The notes beneath the pieces were generated by a model that was not told the origin of the DNA, ran no database searches, and saw nothing but the letters and a program-made list of their open reading frames with translations. Below are positions 20,391 through 28,500 of a DNA stretch of 64,000 bases, in pieces. Position numbers and translations under genes: made by a program. Source of the stretch: an uncultured Caproiciproducens sp. Lineage in GTDB: Bacteria > Bacillota > Clostridia > Oscillospirales > Acutalibacteraceae. Position 1 is the stretch's first letter, and the number at the start of each line of letters is the position of its first letter. The stretch lies in contig OY761810.1 in assembly GCA_963664915.1 (NCBI GenBank), forward strand, positions 446,661 through 510,660, written 5' to 3'.

Positions 20391-20453
20391 TTTTAAATAC
20401 CAAACGACCGGCAGCGTTCTGCCGGCTTGATAAAAAGGAGACAACTATATATC

Positions 20454-21650
20454 ATGTTTAAGGAAACCGACCAACAGTTCACTTTTTCTACCGACGTGCT
20501 CTCCAAGGGAGCTTATACAAGGCATCCGGTAACCAATCCAGAGACACTTCCAATTTTTATGACCACCGCATTTAATGTGGAGGATCTGGACGATCTGCAG
20601 AAGAGGTATGACGAGAAGGGATTCTGCTACAACCGCAACCGTAACCCGAACAGATCCTGCCTGATCGAAATGATGACTTATATCGAACACGGCGAGGATT
20701 CCATTTGCTGCAGTTCCGGCATGGGTGCCATCTCCACCGCTGTGGTTGCCCTGACAAAAAAGGGTGATCACATTCTCTCAGACCGGACGCTTTACGGTGA
20801 GTCACTGGAAATTTTCACGAAAATTCTAGGTAAGTATGGCGTGGAAACCACATTTATCGACTTTACCAACCTGGACGAAATCAAAGCCAATATCCGCACC
20901 AACACCGCCCTCCTGTATACGGAAACCGTCTCCAACCCGATGATCGCGGTGCCCGATCTGCATACTGTGGCTGAGATTGCTCACGCGCATAATGCCCGCT
21001 TCATTGTGGACAACACCTTTATGACCGGCGCGCTTGTAAAGCCTCTCGATTTCGGTGCTGATCTGGTGGTCAACAGCCTGACCAAATTTGCCAACGGACA
21101 CAGCGACGCTGTCTGCGGTTCCGTGACCGGCAGCAAGGAACTGATTGCAAAGTGCTATGATCTTCAGGTTCTGATGGGCACGCAGTCGGATCCGTTCACC
21201 TCCTGGTTGGTTCAGCGCGGCATTCGCACTCTGGATCTGCGCGTCAAGCACCAGGCAGAAAATGCAGCCGCTCTGGCTGCGGCGCTCTCCAAGAGCCCGT
21301 ATGTTCAGAAAGTTTATCATCCCAGTCTGCCCAATCATCCCCAGCATGACATTTCTGTAAAGCAGTTTGGCAAGTACTTCGGCGGCATGCTCAGTGTGGT
21401 ACTTCCGGATACCCGTGAAAAGATGAACAAATTCATGCGGAATTTACATTTTGCTCATTATGCCATGACCCTGGGCGGATACCGCACCTCTCTGTCCTAC
21501 CCTCCCATGAGCTCCCATTATGACGTACCCCGAGAAGAGCGGCTGAAGATGGGCATCACCGACGGTCTGCTCCGCATTTCCTGCGGTATCGAGGACACTG
21601 ACGATCTGGTCAATGATTTCCTGCAGGCCATAGAAAAAGCCTATCAATAA
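20454..21650 (+). CDS. Cys/Met-metabolism PLP-dependent enzyme (gamma-lyase/gamma-synthase family; specificity unknown)
   Basis: YNRNRNPNR and the PLP-lysine motif NSLTKFANGHSDAV. Family PF01053-like over the full length. Confidence 0.88.
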   Translation: MFKETDQQFTFSTDVLSKGAYTRHPVTNPETLPIFMTTAFNVEDLDDLQKRYDEKGFCYNRNRNPNRSCLIEMMTYIEHGEDSICCSSGMGAISTAVVALTKKGDHILSDRTLYGESLEIFTKILGKYGVETTFIDFTNLDEIKANIRTNTALLYTETVSNPMIAVPDLHTVAEIAHAHNARFIVDNTFMTGALVKPLDFGADLVVNSLTKFANGHSDAVCGSVTGSKELIAKCYDLQVLMGTQSDPFTSWLVQRGIRTLDLRVKHQAENAAALAAALSKSPYVQKVYHPSLPNHPQHDISVKQFGKYFGGMLSVVLPDTREKMNKFMRNLHFAHYAMTLGGYRTSLSYPPMSSHYDVPREERLKMGITDGLLRISCGIEDTDDLVNDFLQAIEKAYQ

Positions 21651-21779
21651 GGCAAGATGCAATCTATAAAAAACGAGTGGATGCATAAGGCCCTCCGCCC
21701 TTCCGGCTCAATAGGCCTTGTGGTCACAATTGTTCAGACGACACAGATCAAGATAAATGATAAAAAAGGTGTGTTTCAA

Positions 21780-22154
21780 ATGTTACATATCACAAACACT
21801 CCGCAGGCACCAGCAGCGATTGGACCTTATTCCCAAGCGATTGCCGCCAACGGATTTCTGTTTGCATCAGGTCAGGTAGCTCTGGATCCAAAGACCGGCG
21901 AGATTGTCGGGAAGACGGTTGAGGAACAGGCAGAGCGGTGCTGTACAAGCATTAAGGCCTTATTGGAGGCCAACGGCTTGACATTTGACGATGTTGTGAA
22001 GACGACCTGCTTTCTGGCAGATATCAACGACTTCGGAAGGTTCAACGAAGTGTACGGCAAGTACTTTACGGGCAAACCTGCCCGTTCCTGCGTGGCAGTC
22101 AAGTCAATTCCGAAGAATTTACTGTGCGAAATTGAGATCATCGCAAAACTGTAA
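21780..22154 (+). CDS. ridA: RidA (YjgF/L-PSP) family reactive enamine/imine deaminase
   Basis: MLHITNTPQAPAAIGPYSQAI.. and the C-terminal CVAVKSIPKNLLCEIEIIA are typical RidA. ATG 21780 was chosen over the track's upstream start. Confidence 0.9.
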   Translation: MLHITNTPQAPAAIGPYSQAIAANGFLFASGQVALDPKTGEIVGKTVEEQAERCCTSIKALLEANGLTFDDVVKTTCFLADINDFGRFNEVYGKYFTGKPARSCVAVKSIPKNLLCEIEIIAKL

Positions 22155-22160
22155 TTTAAA

Positions 22161-22197
22161 ATGTTGTGGAACGCACAGCCTGTGCGTTCCACAACAT
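22161..22197 (+). promoter_or_regulatory. perfect 17-bp stem / 3-nt loop hairpin between ridA and the oxidoreductase genes
   Basis: atgttgtggaacgcaca-gcc-tgtgcgttccacaacat, with no T-tract after it. It sits 7 nt after the ridA stop and 23 nt before the next ATG. Confidence 0.5.
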
Positions 22198-22219
22198 AAT
22201 CCGAAAGGAGATAAAACAC

Positions 22220-22798
22220 ATGAAAGATATGATGGAAATACGCTGGCACGGACGCGGCGGACAGGGCGCAAAGACAGCATCCTTGTTGCTGGCGGACGCA
22301 GCTTTCAATACGGGTAAGTTCGTACAGGGCTTTCCCGAATACGGCCCGGAGCGTATGGGTGCCCCCATTACGGCATACAACCGGATCAGCACGGAGCGGT
22401 GTTCGGTACATTCCAATATTTATGAACCGGATTATGTAGTGGTGGTTGACGAGACACTGCTCTCGTCCGTGGATGTGACGTCAGGCTTGAAAGAAAGTGG
22501 CACCATCGTGATCAACAGCGCAAAAAATCCGGAGGAGCTGCGTTCGAAGCTCAAGGGATACAAGGGCAAGGTGTGCACGATCGACGCGGGCAAGATCAGT
22601 GTGGAAACGCTGGGCAAGAACTTTCCGAACACACCGATGCTGAGCGCCATTGTAAAGATCAGCGGAGTAGTGCCGAAGGAGGAATTCATTAAAAACATGG
22701 AAGACTCCTTCAAGCATAAATTTGCAAGCAAGCCTCAGGTAATCGAAGGCAACATGAAGGCATTGAAGCGTGCCATGGAGGAGGTGCAGGAAGGATGA
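22220..22798 (+). CDS. 2-oxoacid:ferredoxin oxidoreductase, gamma subunit
   Basis: IRWHGRGGQGAKTAS... motif. AAAGGAG Shine-Dalgarno before ATG 22220. Confidence 0.9.
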   Translation: MKDMMEIRWHGRGGQGAKTASLLLADAAFNTGKFVQGFPEYGPERMGAPITAYNRISTERCSVHSNIYEPDYVVVVDETLLSSVDVTSGLKESGTIVINSAKNPEELRSKLKGYKGKVCTIDAGKISVETLGKNFPNTPMLSAIVKISGVVPKEEFIKNMEDSFKHKFASKPQVIEGNMKALKRAMEEVQEG

Positions 22799-23106
22799 AG
22801 TACAAAAAGGCAAAGGATATAGATGGAAACATCAGTTGGAGGGACATTACTCCGGGCTGCAACGTGTATGAGGGCGGCACGTCCGACACAGTGGAGACCG
22901 GCGAGTGGAGAACAATGCGCCCGATCCTGCACACTGAAAAGTGCAAACAGTGCTTGTTGTGCGTACCTGTGTGTCCAGACATATCCATTCCTGTGGACAA
23001 GGACGGCAAGCGTGAAGATTTCAATTACTTTTTCTGCAAGGGCTGCGGCATCTGCTCGGCAGTCTGCCCGTTCGGAGCAATTGAGATGGTCCAGGAAGAG
23101 AAATAA
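22795..23106 (+). CDS. 2-oxoacid:ferredoxin oxidoreductase, delta subunit (2x[4Fe-4S])
   Basis: Two CxxCxxCxxxCP motifs (CKQCLLCVPVCP; CKGCGICSAVCP). 4-nt overlap with the gamma subunit gene. Confidence 0.9.
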   Translation: MKYKKAKDIDGNISWRDITPGCNVYEGGTSDTVETGEWRTMRPILHTEKCKQCLLCVPVCPDISIPVDKDGKREDFNYFFCKGCGICSAVCPFGAIEMVQEEK

Positions 23107-23122
23107 GGAAGGAGATCACACA

Positions 23123-24301
23123 ATGGGAATAAGAGAGAGACTTTCAGGCAACGAAGCGATTGCCTATGCAATGAAACAAATCAATCCGGATGTGATGGGT
23201 GCATTCCCGATTACCCCCTCCACCGAGATTCCACAATATTTTTCATCATACGTAGACGACGGCAAAGTGGACACTGAGTTCATTCCCGTGGAGAGCGAGC
23301 ACAGTGCCATGTCCGCCTGCATCGGTGCAGAAGCCGCGGGCGCCCGCGCCATCAGCGCCACGTCCTCCTGCGGGCTGTGCTATATGACCGAGATGCTGTA
23401 TGTGGCGGCGTCGGACCGGCTGCCCATTACACTGGCGGTCTCCACACGTGCCCTGTCCGGCCCCATCAACATTAACAATGACCATTCGGACGCCATGGGC
23501 GTGAGGGACACAGGCTGGATTCAGCTCTTCGCCGAAACGAATCAGGAAGCCTACGACAACTATCTGCAGGCGATGAGGATTGGCGAGGCCGTGAATCTGC
23601 CTATCATGATTTGTCAGGACGGCTTCATCACCTCCCATGCTATTGAGAATATCGAACTGCTGGAAGACGACAAGGTAAAGCAGTTCGTGGGTGAGTACCA
23701 TCCGGACAACGCCCTGATGGGGAGAGAGAACCCGATGTCCGTGGGCGCGTTTGGCATGCCATGCTACTACATGGAGTGCAAGCGCCAGCAGGCACAGGCC
23801 ATGATCGACGCAAAGGATGTCATTCAGAAGGTCGGCAAGGAGTTCGGCGAGATGACCTGCCGCACTTACAGCCTGATTGAGAACTATCAGATGGACGACG
23901 CCGAGGAGGCAATTGTCATCATGGGTTCTTCTGCCGGCACCGCCAAGCAAACGGTGAACGAGCTGCGCGCTCAGGGCAAAAAGGTGGGTCTGGTGAAGAT
24001 CCGCGCATTCCGTCCATTCCCGTCCGAGGAGATTGTGAAAGCACTGAAGGGCGTTAAGGCATTCGCCGCCATGGATAAGGACGACAGCTTCAACGCACAT
24101 TGCGGTCCAATGTATGCAGAGATTGCTGCATCCATGTACGCAGCGGGTGAAACTGCGCCGAAGGGCATCAATTATATCTACGGTCTGGGTGGCCGTGACG
24201 TCCGTGTCGAGAGTATCCGGCAGGTATATACAGAGCTGGAAAAAATTGCTGAGACGGGCAAAACGGGCGAGACCTACCGCTACCTGGATGTCCGGGAATA
24301 A
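23123..24301 (+). CDS. 2-oxoacid:ferredoxin oxidoreductase, alpha subunit
   Basis: MGIRERLSGNEAIAYA..FPITPSTEI..ESEHSAMSA is typical of PorA/VorA. GGAGA Shine-Dalgarno before ATG 23123. The first 100 codons of the 22823 track ORF overlap the delta subunit gene in another frame. Confidence 0.9.
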   Translation: MGIRERLSGNEAIAYAMKQINPDVMGAFPITPSTEIPQYFSSYVDDGKVDTEFIPVESEHSAMSACIGAEAAGARAISATSSCGLCYMTEMLYVAASDRLPITLAVSTRALSGPININNDHSDAMGVRDTGWIQLFAETNQEAYDNYLQAMRIGEAVNLPIMICQDGFITSHAIENIELLEDDKVKQFVGEYHPDNALMGRENPMSVGAFGMPCYYMECKRQQAQAMIDAKDVIQKVGKEFGEMTCRTYSLIENYQMDDAEEAIVIMGSSAGTAKQTVNELRAQGKKVGLVKIRAFRPFPSEEIVKALKGVKAFAAMDKDDSFNAHCGPMYAEIAASMYAAGETAPKGINYIYGLGGRDVRVESIRQVYTELEKIAETGKTGETYRYLDVRE

Positions 24302-24316
24302 GGAGGAGAAGCAATT

Positions 24317-25252
24317 ATGAGTTATAGTCTGAAAGAAAATGTCATGAGGGAAGAACGCCTTTCCGGCGGCCACAGAATGTGCGCCGGCTGCGGCTCTCCC
24401 ATCGCAATTCGTTCCGTACTCCGCGCCTTGAACCCGGAGGATAAGGCTGTGGTGTGCTCGGCAACGTCCTGCTTGGAAGTATCGACGTTTATGTATCCGT
24501 ATACGTCCTGGCAAGACAGCTTCATCCACAACGCATTTGAAAATGCGGGTGCGACGATTTCTGGTGTCGAGACGGCGTATAAGGCGCTTAAGAAGCGCGG
24601 CAAGTTGGATGACACGTATAAATTCATCGCCTTCGGCGGCGACGGCGGCACGTACGACATCGGCTTCCAGAGTCTGAGCGGCGCTATGGAGCGGGGTCAC
24701 GACATGGTGTATGTATGCTACGACAACGAAGCATACATGAATACCGGCATTCAGCGCTCCTCCTCCACGCCTTTCTTTGCCGATACCACCACCACCCCCG
24801 TTGGCACCGTGATCCCCGGCAAGACACAGCACAAGAAGGATTTAACGAAGATCATGGTGGCCCACAACATTCCATATGTGGCGCAGACCACGTCCTTCGG
24901 CAACTTTTCCGACATCAACACGAAGGCACACAATGCCATCTACACGGAAGGTCCGGCGTTCCTGAACATCATGGCTCCCTGCCCCCGCGGCTGGCGCTAC
25001 CCCTCAGAGCAGCTGATGCAAATCACGAAAGCTGCTGTAGAAACCTGCGTGTGGCCTCTGTATGAGGCTGTGGACGGAAAATATATTTTGAACTATAGGC
25101 CGAAGAACAAGTTGCCGGTCATTGAATACTTAAAGATGCAAGGGCGTTTCAAGCATATGTTCAAGTCCGGAAACGAGTGGATGTTGGAGCAGACTCAGAA
25201 GGAAGTTGACCGCAACTGGGAAGATTTACTGGCCAAGTGCGGCGAGCTGTAA
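24317..25252 (+). CDS. 2-oxoacid:ferredoxin oxidoreductase, beta subunit (TPP-binding)
   Basis: CAGCG...GGDGGTYDIG...YDNEAYMNTG TPP-binding signature. Confidence 0.9.
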   Translation: MSYSLKENVMREERLSGGHRMCAGCGSPIAIRSVLRALNPEDKAVVCSATSCLEVSTFMYPYTSWQDSFIHNAFENAGATISGVETAYKALKKRGKLDDTYKFIAFGGDGGTYDIGFQSLSGAMERGHDMVYVCYDNEAYMNTGIQRSSSTPFFADTTTTPVGTVIPGKTQHKKDLTKIMVAHNIPYVAQTTSFGNFSDINTKAHNAIYTEGPAFLNIMAPCPRGWRYPSEQLMQITKAAVETCVWPLYEAVDGKYILNYRPKNKLPVIEYLKMQGRFKHMFKSGNEWMLEQTQKEVDRNWEDLLAKCGEL

Positions 25253-25426
25253 TCTAAACGACATAGTAAAAATAGCAGCAGAAAACGGACACAGCATAGT
25301 TACAATGCTTAATACTTATGCACATGTTATGCGAAAAGTGGATTGTCAACAGAAATGACGAAGGTGCTATAAAACCGGATAATGCGTTCTATAAAAAGTT
25401 ACAAGCAGAACGGAGAATTCAGCTTC

Positions 25427-25520
25427 GGATTTTCGCTCTCCAAACGGCAAGACGTTTGGAGAACCTGCTAAAGCAGATTGAAAAAGGCTGGTATCGCGAA
25501 AATACGGTACCAACCTTTTT
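25427..25520 (+). repeat. copy A of a conserved two-hairpin element plus intrinsic terminator (possible small RNA 3' module)
   Basis: ggattttcgcTCTCCAAACGgcaagaCGTTTGGAGAacCTGCtaaaGCAGat, followed by the terminator aaaaaggctggta..taccaaccttttt. About 50 nt are shared with 61536-61587. Confidence 0.4.
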
Positions 25521-25550
25521 GCATAGGTAGAAATTTTTAGAGTAATCTAA

Positions 25551-28500
25551 TTAAGCTACACTTACCGCGCACTGGAAAACAGGTGTTTGACCAGGTGTTG
25601 CCGTATAGACTCCCGTGGATGCTCCCGTCTTACCGACAGCTATAATCTTATAGTAGTAATCGTTGCCAACTTTCTTGACAAACTGTGTTTTAAAGACACT
25701 GCCGTTTCCTACAGTAAAAATTGGTGTCCTGCCGTCTGCAGATGAAATCTTGAAGCAGTATTCTCTGCCTGCCTTTACGCTAAACGGACGAGTTGTATCG
25801 CATTTCACTGTTGAGGTTGAAACAGGGGTTTCAACCGTTGCCGCAAAGAGCTTTACACCATTCACATAAATTCCGGCCTGTGCTCCAATCTTGCCAATCG
25901 GAATCAGCTTCACATAGTAATCATTGCCGTTTTTAACAAGCTGAACTTCAAAAACGCCTGCTGTGCCGACTACTACGGTTGGTGCCTGACCGTTGTTACT
26001 GGTAAGTTTAACGGTATAGCCGCCCTTTACACGAACGTCTGTTGTTGTATCAGTCACAAATGTTGTTCCATCGCTGGTTGTAATAGTGCAACCTGTTATG
26101 GTTGCTCCTGTGCTAGTTGTTGTTCCAGTGCTAGTTGTAGCACCTGAATTACCCGAGCTGTGGTGTGAACTAGAACCAGAACTTGAATCAGATCCACTTT
26201 GTGATGCTGCTAATGTTTGAGCAGCAAGCCATTGCATAATTGTAGTTGTTTTGCCGTTAATTGTGTCTTTGCATTGATTGTTGAACACATAAATCCACGA
26301 CCAATGTCCTATGTACTCATAAGGTGTACCGTCTGTTTTTGTGTATAAGCCGGTAGTATCAGCTACATTATCAAAGTATGAAAAATGAACGTCTTTTGCT
26401 CCGGCTTTTACCAAACGGTTATAAGTTGGAACTACATATTTTGTTGGATCTACTATTGTATCTGTTTTTGCAGCAGTGAACCACATTGGAAGATTCTTCA
26501 TGGTTTGTATGTTTGCATCAGTTATTAAATTATCAGCCAAAGCTTCGCAGGTTGGCATTGCAGCTGCAAAGTAACTTGTATAATCCCGTGCCAAAAGCAT
26601 TGTCATGTATCCCCCGTTAGAATCTCCTCCAACGTAGATTCTATTGGTATCAATGTCACTATTTTTAGAAACATAGTCTTTGATCAACGCCATCAGTGAC
26701 GCTTCATATTTTGAATTTACGCCTCCGACTTCACCATTAGGACCTGCCATCCACATAGATGGACACTGGGGGACTAAAACATAAGTTCCGCCAAAATAAG
26801 ACTGCATATCCGATGAAGCAAAGTTGAATGCCTTATTTGCAGAAATTGGAATAGTTGCATCTGTTCCACCTTCTCCAGCACCATGCAGCCAGACAATTAA
26901 TGGATTCTTTACTTTATCTGTTGCCGGCGCATAGCTTGCATAAGATAGAGTAATATTATCATTTGTTTCTTTTCCAGTTGTAAAGTTATCTACACCTACT
27001 CTAATTTGATCTGTGCAGTTATTTGCAACAAGGTTGGATATGGTTGTACTATCAGATACAATATCTTTTAACTGACTAATCGTATAATCACATTGAATCC
27101 AGTTATTAAACCCTGTTGTCATATAATCATAATTGAGTGGTGAGCCTAAGGTTACAGTTGGCCCGATTTTCATTTCAAGAGTTGCATAATTTCCGTTGTC
27201 AACCGAGTTCCCTTTTGCATCAGAAACATAAGCGTTCGTAACATCGCGATAACCTGATTCTAAGAATGGAGTTGCTAGCCTATTGTCACTTCTGGAAACA
27301 AAAACTTTGAAGGTATCATTACTTACAGAGCCTTTCTTTACTGATTTGCCCAAATTTACGATCACTTTTGTAGTCGCTGCTCCCCAATCTTCAATTTCAG
27401 CAACAGTGGAATAAGTGGTTGCATTGCCTGTCACTGTTACATCGGACTTAGTTGAGTTCACGTAATTTGTAAGCTTAAACTGGCTGGAATAAGATTTTGC
27501 AGAAATATTATTCATTTTCGCGAATTGAGATGATTGCTTAATGATGTTCAACACATTGATAGCACTCTTCTGCAGATCGCCAAGACAGATACTGCCGTTC
27601 TGCAAACCATCAGTGATATCAGTTTGACCATAACCGGGCATGATTAAATCATTGCCTGCATGCATAGATTCGGCTTTGTTTGCCTGACTAAACCAATCCG
27701 TCATAATTAAGCCTTTGAACCCCCATTCGCCGCGGGTAATGTTTGTACAAAGGTCATAGTTTGCGGCAGAGAAAGTTCCGTTAATTTTGTTGTAAGATGT
27801 CATAATTGCCATTGGCTGTGCCGATTTTATAGCAATTTCGAAACCTTTGAGATAAATTTCGCGCAAGGCTCTCTCAGACACAACATTATTCTCCGTACTT
27901 CTGTTGTTCTCCTGATTGTTTGTCGCAAAATGTTTGATTGTCACGCCGATACCAGGGTGAGACTGAACTCCGTTTGTCTCAGCCGCGCCGGAAAGTCCGG
28001 TTACTAGAGGATCCTCCGAATAATATTCGAAATTACGGCCGCAAAGCGGATTTCTATGAATATTCATGCCCGGAGCCAACCACAATGTAATGCCGTACTC
28101 CGTCATTTCGGTACCAATTGCCGTACCAACTTTTTTCAACAGGTTAACATCCCATGTCATGGCAAGTAGGGTGCCAATCGGCCAAGCAGTGCAATACTGA
28201 TAGTAAGAGTCTTTCACATTACTCGTTGCGTCTGTACCCGTAAAGCTTTGCGTAATCCGGATACCTGCAGGACCATCAGAAAGGACCATATTCGGAATAC
28301 CGGAATCTTTATAGTTGCTGGTGGTTTCTCCTGCCGCGCCTTGAATCGAGTCTGATTGCGAACCAACAACGGGAGTAGTGCTGCCAGTTCCATAACCTAT
28401 TCCATTTACGATGGTGGTAAGTTGCTGCACACTCATTTGTGCAACAAATTCCTGCATAGTAGCTTTTCCGCTATAAACATCATTCAAAGTCAATTTATCA

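Noticed and set aside
22823-23122. N-terminal 100 codons of the 22823..24301 track ORF
   Set aside because: This stretch overlaps the ferredoxin delta-subunit gene in another frame. The alpha-subunit homology starts at MGIRERLSGNEA (ATG 23123), which has its own Shine-Dalgarno sequence.
23246-24832. 528-aa ORF on the minus strand
   Set aside because: It lies entirely antisense to the well-supported OFOR alpha/beta subunit genes. Its Arg/Gly/His/Ala-rich low-complexity translation is typical of antisense frames in GC-rich coding DNA, and it has no motif or Shine-Dalgarno sequence.
25318-25530. 70-aa plus-strand ORF
   Set aside because: It has no Shine-Dalgarno sequence and no family resemblance. 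It is read straight through two hairpins and a terminator that are conserved at the nucleotide level with 61536-61628, so the region is treated as an RNA or repeat element instead.
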